NCBI GenBank assembly: GCA_005805375.1 | Contig: SYMT01000400.1 | Span: forward strand, 1 to 45,669 | DNA length: 45,669 nt | Origin: Actinomycetota bacterium | Lineage (GTDB): Bacteria; Armatimonadota; SYMT01 | Direction: 5' to 3' | In this document: positions 26,917 through 36,383 of the stretch, in pieces | How the letters are laid out: every line of letters begins with the position of its first letter | How positions within the stretch are numbered: position 1 is the first letter of the stretch | The notes under the pieces: generated by a model | What the model saw: only the letters and a program-made list of their open reading frames with translations | What the model was told of the DNA's origin: nothing | The model's database searches: none | Made by a program: the position numbers and the translations under genes

Positions 26917-26944
26917 TTGGGAGAGGATTCGGCCTGCCGGCCGC

Positions 26945-26986
26945 TCATCCGCTCTCTCAACTCCCACCGATGGAGAGAGCGGGTGA
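26945..26986 (+). terminator. Hairpin after the PhyH gene
   Basis: TCATCCGCTCTCTC / GAGAGAGCGGGTGA forms a 14-bp stem (one G-U pair) with a 14-nt loop. There is no T-tract. Confidence 0.35.
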
Positions 26987-27079
26987 CGCTGCAGGGTGTG
27001 GGCATTCTGCGGCCGGGCGCGCCGCCCTCCGTCCTCCCGGCGCCGGTGCGGACAGGTCAGACCGGGGGGCGCCACGCGA

Positions 27080-27104
27080 AGCCGGGTGCTTGATTCACCC
27101 GGCT
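27080..27104 (-). terminator. Hairpin after the beta-propeller lipoprotein gene
   Basis: AGCCGGGTG-CTTGATT-CACCCGGCT forms a 9-bp perfect stem 60 nt downstream of stop 27164. There is no T-tract. Confidence 0.35.
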
Positions 27105-27163
27105 CCGGCCCGCAGGATTACTCATTCCCGTGCTTCCCTGCGGACTCTCGCATGTCCAACGGA

Positions 27164-28423
27164 CTACCGCCGCCGTCTGGCGCCAGGTACCGGGCGGGCC
27201 GGCGGCTCGGCTTTCTCCGCAGCCGGCACCGGAAGGGGCACGAAACGCGGGGCGCCGCCCTCGGTGGGAATGAGCACCAACCGGGTCTGGCGGCTTCTCT
27301 CGACACCGGGGGGCAGGATGAGGGATACGGTCCGCGCGTCCGGGGACAGCGACGGGGTGATGATCGTCAGATCCAGGTCTGGCGCCCCCTCTTGTTTTTG
27401 CGTCGGGGGCAAGAAGCGATAGAGCACGCGCGTAGGGCCCGCGGGCAGGTCCATCAGGGAAAACTTGAACTCCTCACCCTCTTTCCCTGTGGCAAAGGCC
27501 ACGCGCCGGAGATCCGGGGTGGGCGAGACGAAGATGCTGGGACCAGGGATGTCGGCCAGTTTTTCGGGCGCGCCCTCCGTCAGCGGAACTTTCCAGAGTT
27601 CACAGGTTTCGGCCAGCTTGATGTTCGTCTGGTTGGGCTTTCCGTCCGGGGAAGTTTCGGTGGGGCGTGCTTCCACCAGGACCACGAGCGATTTTCCATC
27701 GGGGGACCACATCGGAGCGCGCGCGGTGCCCGGCTGCTTTCCTTCGGGAACGTCCCACACCGTGCGGAGGGTTGCGGTGGCGACCTCAAGAACCTGAAAG
27801 TCCTTCTCCTCTGAAATGCAGGCGAGCCGCCGGCCATCCGGCGAGAAGGACGGCAGTTCCACGCTGGTTGCCAGTGGACCCTGCTTCCTGGCCGGGCCGC
27901 CGGTGACATTCGCGGTCCAGACGTAACGTCCCGCCTTTCCACCGACGAAACAAAATACCTGCCGGCCGTCCGGCGACCAGCGAAGAGCCGCGCTTGCAGC
28001 GAAGAGTCCGTCCCAGTCGCCGCCCAGCGAAATCACCCCCGGTTCCGGTTTCAGGTCCAGTTGCAGATTTGGCACCAGCACACGTTCGCGGCCGCTCGCC
28101 GGATCGGCCACCCAGAGGGCAGCCGACTCCAGTTGCTCTTTCTTGTGTGTGGTCCGCAGGAACGCGACGCTGCGGCTGTCGGGCGACCAGGTCGGCGCCA
28201 CCGTGTGGCGGCGGCCCGAACCGAGCGGACGAACCTGGCGCGTGGCCGTGGAGTACAGCAGCACGTGCGGTCCGAGTTGCAGCGAAATCCACTTCCCATC
28301 CGGTGACCAGACGCTGCCCGGCCGGCAACCGGCGAGCATCAGGAGCACGAGGAAAGCGCACATCGTGAGCAGGACACGATATGAACGCAAGCCGCGCGGA
28401 AGGGTGAGAGAAGGAGCAAGCAT
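27164..28423 (-). CDS. TolB-like (PD40/WD40-like) beta-propeller lipoprotein
   Basis: ATG 28423 has AGGAGA upstream. The lipobox is LVLLMLAGC. (W/F/L)SPDG-type blades recur six times (WSPDGKW, WSPDSRS, WSPDGRQ, FSPDGRR, WSPDGKS, LSPDART). Confidence 0.85.
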   Translation of the reverse strand: MLAPSLTLPRGLRSYRVLLTMCAFLVLLMLAGCRPGSVWSPDGKWISLQLGPHVLLYSTATRQVRPLGSGRRHTVAPTWSPDSRSVAFLRTTHKKEQLESAALWVADPASGRERVLVPNLQLDLKPEPGVISLGGDWDGLFAASAALRWSPDGRQVFCFVGGKAGRYVWTANVTGGPARKQGPLATSVELPSFSPDGRRLACISEEKDFQVLEVATATLRTVWDVPEGKQPGTARAPMWSPDGKSLVVLVEARPTETSPDGKPNQTNIKLAETCELWKVPLTEGAPEKLADIPGPSIFVSPTPDLRRVAFATGKEGEEFKFSLMDLPAGPTRVLYRFLPPTQKQEGAPDLDLTIITPSLSPDARTVSLILPPGVERSRQTRLVLIPTEGGAPRFVPLPVPAAEKAEPPARPVPGARRRR

Positions 28424-28696
28424 GGTGCGGACGTTCTCCTGAACGGTGCGAATGGTAAGAGGGCAGCACAGCGATGGAGAGAAATCGGGCAAAGGCCGAT
28501 CGGTCGGCTCACTGACCATCCACCATACACCAGTTCCTGGAATCTGCGGCGAGCAGAAGCCCGGGAAGGCGAGCACCGGATACCTCAAGCTCGTGTACCT
28601 CAGTGGATATCACCATCCGACCCTCCGGTGAACATAACTGATCGGCGCAGAATTGTGTTCCCTCTGTAGCCGGACGCTTCGGATAGACTTTCTCCA

Positions 28697-29914
28697 ATGT
28701 CGCTTGCAGTTCAGAAATATGGGGGCAGTTCCGTCGCCAATGCGGAACGGATCCTTCATGTCGCCCGCCGGGTGGCTGCCCGCCGGGCGGAAGGGACGGA
28801 CCTTGTGGTGGTGGTCTCCGCCATGGGAGACACCACCGACGAGTTGATCGGCCTCGCCCAGCAGGTGACTACGCGGCCGGACGACCGGGAGATGGATCTG
28901 CTCCTGTCCACCGGCGAGATCATCTCCTGCACCCTCCTGGCGATGGCGCTGCGCGAGTTGGGGGTGCCCGCTTCCAGTTTCACCGGCGCCCAGGCAGGAA
29001 TCCAGACCGATCAGACGCACGGCCGCGCGCGCATTTTGAACGTGGAACCGGATCGGGTGCGCGCTGCGCTCGCCGATGGCCGCGTGGCCATCGTGGCCGG
29101 GTTTCAGGGGATCACCGCGGAGACGGATGTCACCACGCTCGGACGCGGAGGAAGCGACACCACCGCTGTGGCGCTGGCAGCGGCGCTGCTGGCCGATCAG
29201 TGTGAGATCTATACCGATGTCCAGGGGGTGTATACCTGCGACCCGCGGTTGGAGCCCCGGGCGCGGAAACTGACCACGATCTCCTATGAGGAAATGCTGG
29301 AGATGGCAAGTCAGGGCGCCCGGGTCATGCATCCCCGCGCAGTGGAGTTGGGTGCGCTCTATGGGATACCCATCCTGGTAGCCAGCAGCATGGTGGAGGC
29401 TCCGGGAACACTGATCCAGGGAAGCAGCGAGATGGAACCCTCAAACAAGGTCCGCGGCATCAGCCACGATGCGGATATCGCCAAGATCACCGTGGTCGGT
29501 GTGCCGGACAAGCCGGGGGCGGTGGCGACACTGTTCACTGCTCTCGGAAGCGCCAACCTGACTGCGGACACCATCGTGCAGAACGCGAACGTCACCGGTT
29601 CCGCCACCGACGTTACTTTTACCGTGCCGGATGCCGACCTGCAGAAGGCGTTGGCGGCGATCGCGCCTGCGGTCGGCCGCCTCGGGTGTGCGGTGGTGAC
29701 GGACGCATCGTTGGGGAAGGTGAGTATCGTCGGCACCGGTGTGCTGAATACGCCGGGCTACGCGCCGCGCATGTTCCAGGTGCTCGCCGACACCGGGATC
29801 AATATCGAGCTCATCACCACCAGCGAAATTCGCATTACGTGCATCGTGACGCGGAACCGGCTGGCGGATGCAGTGCGGGCATTGCACGCGGCGTTCGAAC
29901 TCGAGTCAGCCTGA
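28697..29914 (+). CDS. lysC: Aspartate kinase
   Basis: 405 aa. The N-terminus is MSLAVQKYGGSSVANAERI. It also carries VVSAMGDTTDEL, two C-terminal ACT-like repeats, and IYTDVQGVYTCDPR. Confidence 0.93.
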   Translation: MSLAVQKYGGSSVANAERILHVARRVAARRAEGTDLVVVVSAMGDTTDELIGLAQQVTTRPDDREMDLLLSTGEIISCTLLAMALRELGVPASSFTGAQAGIQTDQTHGRARILNVEPDRVRAALADGRVAIVAGFQGITAETDVTTLGRGGSDTTAVALAAALLADQCEIYTDVQGVYTCDPRLEPRARKLTTISYEEMLEMASQGARVMHPRAVELGALYGIPILVASSMVEAPGTLIQGSSEMEPSNKVRGISHDADIAKITVVGVPDKPGAVATLFTALGSANLTADTIVQNANVTGSATDVTFTVPDADLQKALAAIAPAVGRLGCAVVTDASLGKVSIVGTGVLNTPGYAPRMFQVLADTGINIELITTSEIRITCIVTRNRLADAVRALHAAFELESA

Positions 29915-29945
29915 ATCGGAAGCGATCATTCCAGCAGAGGCACGC

Positions 29946-31013
29946 ATGGGACAGCAATTTCGCGCAGCAGTGATCGGGTGTGGACGCCCACGGGTGGAAG
30001 AGGGCGCCACCGGATTCGGGATGGCGCACAGCCACGTGCATGGCTACCTCGCTACGGGCCGCTGTCAACTGGCAGCGGTGGCGGACATCAGCCGCGAGAA
30101 CGCAGAAGCGTTTGTCGCCCGCTATGGCGGCACGGCCGGCGTGTATCGGGACTACCACGAGATGCTGGCTGCCGAGAAGCCGGACGTGGTGAGTGTGTGC
30201 ACCTGGCCGCATCTGCACGCACCGATGGTGTTGGCGGCCATTGGAGCCGGCGTGCGGGCCGTCCACTGTGAGAAGCCGATGGCTCCCACCTGGGGAGAGG
30301 CACGCCGCATGCATGCCGCAGCCGTCGCGCGGGGAGTGCAGCTCACCTTCAACCACCAACGGCGCTTCCTGGAGCCGTTTCGTCTGGCACGCCGGTTGCT
30401 CCGCGAGGGGGCCATCGGGGAACTGCGCCGGATTGAGGGTGCGTGCGGGGACATGATTGACTGGGGTACGCACTGGCTGGACATGTTCTTCTTCTACAAC
30501 GGAGAGACCCCCGCTGAATGGGTGCTGGGCCAGGTGGACGGCCGGGAAGAGAGGAAGATTTTCGGGCTGCCGGTGGAAAGCCAGGGTCTCTCTCAGGTGC
30601 GCTTCAGCAATGGTGTCGTGGGGCTACTGTTTGCCGGCTATGGGCAGGATATCGGATGCGCGAACCGCCTGGTGGGCGCGGAAGGGGTGTTGGAGTTACA
30701 CAACACGGCGCCCCACGTGCGTCTGCGCGGGCGTGGCGATGTGGCATGGCGCACTTACCCCACCCGGGAGGGGCTGCACGGCGGGATCGCCATTGACCGC
30801 GGGATCGCCGACCTCCTCTCCTGTCTGGAGAACGGTGCGGAACCGGAGCTCAGTTCACACAAAGCGGTGCGCTGCACCGAAGTGATTTTCGCCACCTATG
30901 AGTCGAGCCGCCGCCGGGGCCGCGTGGATCTGCCGTTGGAGCAGGAAGATTCCGCGTTTCTGACGCTGCTGGCGCAGGGACAATGGGGTGAGACTGGACC
31001 TGACCCGGCGTGA
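29946..31013 (+). CDS. Gfo/Idh/MocA family oxidoreductase
   Basis: ATG 29946 has GAGG 6 nt upstream. The Rossmann N-terminus is FRAAVIGCGRP. It also has the VHCEKPMA motif. Confidence 0.85.
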   Translation: MGQQFRAAVIGCGRPRVEEGATGFGMAHSHVHGYLATGRCQLAAVADISRENAEAFVARYGGTAGVYRDYHEMLAAEKPDVVSVCTWPHLHAPMVLAAIGAGVRAVHCEKPMAPTWGEARRMHAAAVARGVQLTFNHQRRFLEPFRLARRLLREGAIGELRRIEGACGDMIDWGTHWLDMFFFYNGETPAEWVLGQVDGREERKIFGLPVESQGLSQVRFSNGVVGLLFAGYGQDIGCANRLVGAEGVLELHNTAPHVRLRGRGDVAWRTYPTREGLHGGIAIDRGIADLLSCLENGAEPELSSHKAVRCTEVIFATYESSRRRGRVDLPLEQEDSAFLTLLAQGQWGETGPDPA

Positions 31014-31107
31014 ACAGGGGCAATTGGGCCCACCCGGGGCGGAGCCGGTCGGACCGGGCACCCTGGTGTCAGGGGCGTTCAGGTCCCCGGCAAGGAGAGA
31101 TCAGAGG

Positions 31108-31971
31108 ATGAAGATCGGTTTTCGCATTCCCGGAAAGGCCCGGGATCTCGGTTTCGACCAGCTTTGCGGCTGGGCAGCTCGCGCTGGATTCGGTTCGATT
31201 GACCTCGCCGCCGCCGACCCGGAGCGCATCCGCGTCGCCACGGCAGCCGGACTTGAGATCGGCACCATTGATCTGCCCGGCACGCGCGAGATGATCAGCG
31301 CCGACGCCGCAGACCAGATGGCCGGAGTGGACGCCGCGAAGCACGCCATCGCCGCCGCCGCGGAGAACGGCTGCCATCGGATGTTCTGCGTTTTCGTGCC
31401 GCGCGACGCCTCCCAGAAGCGGGCCGACACGTTTGCGATCTGGAAGCAGACCTTCCCGCTGGTGGCTCATTTTGCGGAAGAGAAGGGCGTGCGCATCGCG
31501 ATGGAAGGCTGGCCCGGCGGCGGCCCCCACTACCCGGCCCTGGGTTGCACTCCGGAAACGTGGCGTGCTATGTTCGCTGCAGTCCCTTCGGCGTCGTTCG
31601 GGCTGAATTTTGACCCCTCTCACCTGGTCCGCATCGGAGTGGACTGGCGGCGCGCACTTGAGGAATTCGGTGACCGGGTGATCCACGCGCACGGGAAGGA
31701 CACCGATCTGGACACCGAACGGCTCTACGAACACGGCAATCTGGGACCCACGTTCCGGAAGCCGGTCGGGTTCAGTGAGAGTTGGTGGCGCTACACCATT
31801 CCGGGAGACGGTTTGGTGGACTGGGGCCGTCTGCTCGCCCGGCTGGAGGACTTCGGCTTCAACGGTGTCGTGAGCGTGGAACTTGAGGACTACCGCTACA
31901 ACGACACCTGGGCCCTGCAGGCCGAAGGACTGGAACGCAGCCGGGCGCACCTGGCCCGGTGGCTGCGTTAG
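31108..31971 (+). CDS. Sugar phosphate isomerase/epimerase (xylose isomerase-like TIM barrel)
   Basis: ATG 31108 has AAGGAGAG/AGAGG upstream. The sequence MKIGFRIPG...GFGSIDL...GVRIAMEGWPG...NFDPSHL...HAHGKD...VSVELED follows the AP-endonuclease-2/TIM pattern. Confidence 0.8.
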   Translation: MKIGFRIPGKARDLGFDQLCGWAARAGFGSIDLAAADPERIRVATAAGLEIGTIDLPGTREMISADAADQMAGVDAAKHAIAAAAENGCHRMFCVFVPRDASQKRADTFAIWKQTFPLVAHFAEEKGVRIAMEGWPGGGPHYPALGCTPETWRAMFAAVPSASFGLNFDPSHLVRIGVDWRRALEEFGDRVIHAHGKDTDLDTERLYEHGNLGPTFRKPVGFSESWWRYTIPGDGLVDWGRLLARLEDFGFNGVVSVELEDYRYNDTWALQAEGLERSRAHLARWLR

Positions 31972-32059
31972 GAACACAATCGCGGCGCTCGCGGCGGCTC
32001 GCACTACGTCCGCTTCCTGCCCCGCCGGGTGGGAAGCCGGACCGCTGAGGATGGGAAGA

Positions 32060-33121
32060 ATGAGCGGGAAAGTCTACGGGTTTGCGATCCTTGGTTCCGG
32101 GATCATCGCTCCTACGCACTGCAAAGCGATTCAGGTGCTCCCGAATGCGCGCCTGATCGCCTGCTGCGACCTGGAGCGGGCGAAAGCAGAGAAACTGGCG
32201 GCCGATTTCGCCATCCCTCACGTCTATGACGACTACCGGGAAATGCTGAAGCGGGAAGACGTAGACGTCGTGGAGGTGGTCACCTGGAGCGGTGTGCATG
32301 CCGAGCAGGGCACGGCGGCGGCGCTGGCCGGGAAGCACGTCATCTGCACCAAGCCCATGGACACGAAGCTGGAGCGCATTGACGCCCTGATCCGGACGTG
32401 CCATGCGGCGGGCGTAAAATTGGGGGCCACTCACCAGTTCCGCAGCTACCCGTCCTACCGGCGCCTGAAAGATGCCATTGACGCAGGTCGTCTGGGACGT
32501 CTTTTCCTTGGAAACGGGTTCCTGAAGTGGTGGCGTGGCCAGGAGTATTACGATAGCGCTGCCTGGCGCGGCACATGGGCTCTGGATGGCGGCGGCGCCT
32601 TGATGAACCAGGCGATCCACTACGTGGACATGCTCACCTGGCTCATGGGACCGGTGCGCCGCCTGCGCGGGTTGATCGCGACCCACTGCCACGACATCGA
32701 GGTGGAAGACTGTGCCAGTGCCACCCTTGAATTCGCAAACGGGGCTCTGGGCGCCTTTCAGGGCGCCACCTGCACCTACAAGGGGATGCCCTCACGGATT
32801 GAGGTTCACGGCGAGCGCGGTAATGTCGTGGTTGAAGGGGATCGCACGATTCTCTGGAATGTGGAAGGCGAGCCTGTCGAACAGGGAGCAGCCGGTGCAG
32901 GCTCGACCACGGGCCCCGGCGGGAGCGGTGGGAGCGGCGTGCAATCCCACATCGAGCAGATCGGAGATTTCCTGGCTGCGATTGAGGAAGATCGCGAACC
33001 GGCCATCTCCGGGAGCGAAGCCCGTCGGGCCGTAGAGATCATTCTGGCGATCTACCAGTCCGCGTGGACCGGCGATACGGTAGAATTCCCGCTGAGCAGG
33101 GACCCCATCCCGCCGCGGTAG
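32060..33121 (+). CDS. Gfo/Idh/MocA family oxidoreductase
   Basis: The start is ATG 32060, or possibly 32051. Motifs: YGFAILGSGIIAPTH and VICTKPM, with a C-terminal alpha/beta domain. Confidence 0.85.
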   Translation: MSGKVYGFAILGSGIIAPTHCKAIQVLPNARLIACCDLERAKAEKLAADFAIPHVYDDYREMLKREDVDVVEVVTWSGVHAEQGTAAALAGKHVICTKPMDTKLERIDALIRTCHAAGVKLGATHQFRSYPSYRRLKDAIDAGRLGRLFLGNGFLKWWRGQEYYDSAAWRGTWALDGGGALMNQAIHYVDMLTWLMGPVRRLRGLIATHCHDIEVEDCASATLEFANGALGAFQGATCTYKGMPSRIEVHGERGNVVVEGDRTILWNVEGEPVEQGAAGAGSTTGPGGSGGSGVQSHIEQIGDFLAAIEEDREPAISGSEARRAVEIILAIYQSAWTGDTVEFPLSRDPIPPR

Positions 33122-33329
33122 CGGAAAACCGACAGGGTGCGCGGGCACATCTCAAGCGTACCCGCAATGCTTGGGACGCACCTGTGGATCGAGCGGGGAT
33201 CTGCGCTGGTGCCGGTGTTTGTCGGGGTCCCCTCGCGGGAAGGAGGAGGCCCGGCCTTCCCGGCGGAAACTGGCATCGGCCCTGCAGGATGGTCACAGGC
33301 GGGGCGGAAGAATTGGGAGTGGAACGCTC

Positions 33330-34694
33330 GTGCTCAAGCTGGGAAGTATCAAGAATCAGGATTGCGGCGGATGCTCCCGACGAGAGGTTCTGCAGGTGGG
33401 GGCCGCGGGAGCGCTCGGCCTATCTCTCCCGACGGCGTTGAAGGCGGAGGCGGCGGGCAGTGCGGCCGGCCTCTCCGTGCTGGTGGTCTTCCTCCGTGGG
33501 GGCGTGTCTCATCTGGACACGTGGGACTTGAAACCGGAAGCGCCGATCCCGGATGCCCGTGGGGAGTTTCGGCCGATCGAAAGCAGTGTCCCGGGCCTTC
33601 GCTTTTGCGAGTTATTGCCCGGGGTGGCCCGGCAGGCCCGCCTGCTGACGGTGCTGCGCAGCCTGAGCCACCGCGAGGGGGAGCACGACCGCGCGATGCA
33701 GTGGGTGCTCACCGGTCAGCCCGCCGCGCAGGGACAGGTGTTCCCGAATCCGGGTGCAGTCCTCGGGCGGTACCGGCCCGGTGCAACGACGCTCCCTCCC
33801 GCCATCCACGTACAGACGCCGGGCATCGGCAATCCCCAGGCCCCTCCCTCCCCACCGAACCAACCCGGTCTCGGCGCTGGTTTCCTGGGCGCACTTCACC
33901 AGCCGTTTCTGATCGGAGATGCAGCGAAAGTGGAGCAGGAAGATTGGCTGACACCTGCGCCGGAACTGGTGGGCCGGTTGGACCGGCGCCGAGAGTTGCT
34001 CCACGCGCTCGACTCCCTGCGCGGCAATGCGCAGACCAGCGGATTGGAAGGGCACGACGCCGCGTTCCAGCGTGCCTTTACCATGGTCACTTCCCCGGAT
34101 GCGCGGCGTGCGTTTCGGTTGGAAGCGGAACCGGTGGCCCTGCGGGAACGCTACGGGCTGCACGAGTTCGGTCAGAGCTGCCTGCTGGGGCGGCGGCTGA
34201 TTGAAGCCGGGGTCCGGTACGTGCAGGTGAACTGGTCGGCCCGCGGCTGGGAGGCCATCACGCCCAAGGATGATCTCTTCACGCGCTCCACCTTCGACAG
34301 CCACTTCGGGCATTTTCCGTGGCTGCGGCGGCAACTCCCGCGCCTGGACCAGGGCCTGGGTTCGCTGCTCGGGGACATGAACGAGCGGGGCTTACTCTCG
34401 CGCACGCTGGTGGTGGTGCTGACTGAATTCGGGCGCAGCGCGAAAATCAACGGGGATGCAGGACGCGATCACTGGCCGCAGGCGTTTTCCGTTTTGCTGG
34501 CGGGGGGCGGCTTGCCGGCAGGGCGGGCCCTCGGCGCCACGGACGCCAACGGTCAGGAGATCGTGGAGGGCCGCTGTGAGCCCGAGGCGCTCGTCAATTC
34601 CATCTATCATCTCTGCGGACTTGATGTAGTGGTGACGCTCCGCGGCGCCGGCCTCGTGAAAAACTCGTCCGAAGGCGTGCCTGGCCTGATCTGA
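33330..34694 (+). CDS. DUF1501 domain protein (sulfatase-like, Tat signal)
   Basis: GTG 33330 gives VLKLGSIKNQDCGGCSRREVLQVGAAGALGLSLPTALKAEA, a twin-Arg signal. VVFLRGGVSHLDTWDLKPEAP follows, which is a typical DUF1501 N-terminus. Confidence 0.85.
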   Translation: MLKLGSIKNQDCGGCSRREVLQVGAAGALGLSLPTALKAEAAGSAAGLSVLVVFLRGGVSHLDTWDLKPEAPIPDARGEFRPIESSVPGLRFCELLPGVARQARLLTVLRSLSHREGEHDRAMQWVLTGQPAAQGQVFPNPGAVLGRYRPGATTLPPAIHVQTPGIGNPQAPPSPPNQPGLGAGFLGALHQPFLIGDAAKVEQEDWLTPAPELVGRLDRRRELLHALDSLRGNAQTSGLEGHDAAFQRAFTMVTSPDARRAFRLEAEPVALRERYGLHEFGQSCLLGRRLIEAGVRYVQVNWSARGWEAITPKDDLFTRSTFDSHFGHFPWLRRQLPRLDQGLGSLLGDMNERGLLSRTLVVVLTEFGRSAKINGDAGRDHWPQAFSVLLAGGGLPAGRALGATDANGQEIVEGRCEPEALVNSIYHLCGLDVVVTLRGAGLVKNSSEGVPGLI

Positions 34695-35464
34695 TGGCAG
34701 AATCCACCTGCACCCTGGAAGAGCAAGGGTTCACCAGGGTGCCCAATGTGCTGGATGATGCGACGCTGGATGCCCTGCGCGCGCAGGTCGAGGCACTCTG
34801 GGAGCAGGAAGGGGATCGGGCCGGGTCCGAATTTCGGCAAGAGCCCGAATCTCGCCGCCTGGCCAACCTGGCGGACAAGGGGGAACTCTTTTACAGGCTC
34901 ATCGCCCTCCCCGAGGTGCTGTCCCTGGTACGAACAGTGCTCGGACCGGATTGCAAGCTGAGCAGCCTGAACGCCCGTTCGGCGAATCCCCGGCAATCAC
35001 GCGGCCAGCCGCTGCACGCCGACATGGCCGCCCTTCCGGATGCACGGGGGGCGTGGGTCTGCAACACCGTCTGGCTGCTGGACGATTTCACGACGGAGAA
35101 CGGTGCGCTCCGGGTGGTCCCGGGGTCACATCGTTGGGGACGCCTCCCCCAGGAGGTGTTGCCGGATCCGTACGCACCCCACCCGGATGAAGTGCTGCTC
35201 ACCGGGGCTGCCGGCACGGTCTTTGTGGTCAATGCCCACACCTGGCACGCCGGCACTGCGAACCGGACAGACGCCCCACGACGGGCGATCCACGGTTTCT
35301 ATTGCCGCCGTGACCGTCCGCAACAGCAGTACCAAAAGGCGCTCCTGCGTGCCGAAACCCGTGCCGCACTCTCGCCGGAACTGCTCGCCCTGCTCGCGCT
35401 TGAGGACCCGGAGAACGATCGGTTGAGTCAGGCAGTCACGACGCGAAGTGGATTTCTGAAGTAG
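34694..35464 (+). CDS. Phytanoyl-CoA dioxygenase (PhyH) family Fe(II)/2OG oxygenase
   Basis: The ATG overlaps the DUF1501 stop as TGATG. The HxD motif lies in QPLHADMAA, followed by LRVVPGSHRW and the distal His in HTWHAGTANRTD. Confidence 0.8.
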   Translation: MAESTCTLEEQGFTRVPNVLDDATLDALRAQVEALWEQEGDRAGSEFRQEPESRRLANLADKGELFYRLIALPEVLSLVRTVLGPDCKLSSLNARSANPRQSRGQPLHADMAALPDARGAWVCNTVWLLDDFTTENGALRVVPGSHRWGRLPQEVLPDPYAPHPDEVLLTGAAGTVFVVNAHTWHAGTANRTDAPRRAIHGFYCRRDRPQQQYQKALLRAETRAALSPELLALLALEDPENDRLSQAVTTRSGFLK

Positions 35465-35469
35465 TCACC

Positions 35470-36222
35470 ATGTCTTCACCCAACCAGAATCAGTTCACGG
35501 AGGTTGCCGACGTCTACGATGACCTGATGGCGGGAGTGCCCTACGCGCTTTGGGTACGGTATGTGCGGGACCTCTGGGATCGCTACGAAACGGACCCGTA
35601 CCGGGTGCTCGATCTGGCTTGCGGCACCGGGAACGTGCTCTTGGAGTTGCACCGTGCCGGGTACGAGGTTGAGGGTGCGGACTACTCGGCTGGAATGCTG
35701 CAGACGGCATCGCGCAAAGTGGGACGCGATGTACGGCTCTGGCATCAGGACGCCCGTTTCCTGAATCTCCCTGGACCTCCGTTTGATGCCTGTGTCTGCC
35801 TGTTTGACAGCCTCAACTATCTCCTGGAGCCGGAACATCTTCTCCAGGCGTTTCACTCGGTCCGGCGCGCCCTGCGAGAGGGAGGTTCGTTCGTATTTGA
35901 TATGAATGCCATTCTCGCGCTCGAAGCAGGAATGTTCACACAGCGGGGCACCGGGAGGGACTCGGGCCTCGAGTTCGACTGGCATAGTGAGTGGGACGCG
36001 CATCGTCGTCTTTGCACCATCCGGATGGAATTCCACTCCCACGAACAAGCCGGCACCCGGGTGTTCCATGAAACGCATGTGCAGCGGGGTTACACACTGG
36101 ATGAAGTCCAGGACGCCCTCGAAACCGCCGACTTTTCCGTGCTTGCGTTCCACGATGCCTTCACGTTTCGGCCGACTCACGCCCGCACGGATCGCTTTCA
36201 CTGCATAGCCCGAGCTCGATGA
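35470..36222 (+). CDS. Class I SAM-dependent methyltransferase
   Basis: 250 aa. Motif I is VLDLACGTGNVLLEL, post-I is VEGADYS, and motif II-like is FDACVCLFDSLNYL. Confidence 0.88.
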   Translation: MSSPNQNQFTEVADVYDDLMAGVPYALWVRYVRDLWDRYETDPYRVLDLACGTGNVLLELHRAGYEVEGADYSAGMLQTASRKVGRDVRLWHQDARFLNLPGPPFDACVCLFDSLNYLLEPEHLLQAFHSVRRALREGGSFVFDMNAILALEAGMFTQRGTGRDSGLEFDWHSEWDAHRRLCTIRMEFHSHEQAGTRVFHETHVQRGYTLDEVQDALETADFSVLAFHDAFTFRPTHARTDRFHCIARAR

Positions 36223-36383
36223 GCGTACATTTCAAGTGATGCCACTTTCTGGCACGGAGAAACTTGAGTGGACGCGCATTTTGGCACAGAATCTTTCACT
36301 GGCAGAGCAACGGTTCTGTCCCGGGATAGAATCAGCCGTGGGGGGGCGCGCAGCGGACCAACCTCCGGCCGGGGCGTACAAGA

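Noticed and set aside
28424-28696. Lysine riboswitch (L-box) in the 273-bp leader of lysC
   Set aside because: I could not find the conserved AGAGGCGC / GCCGAAG / CUGUCA cores in the proper order, only loose partial resemblances. An Infernal scan would be needed, so this is not claimed.
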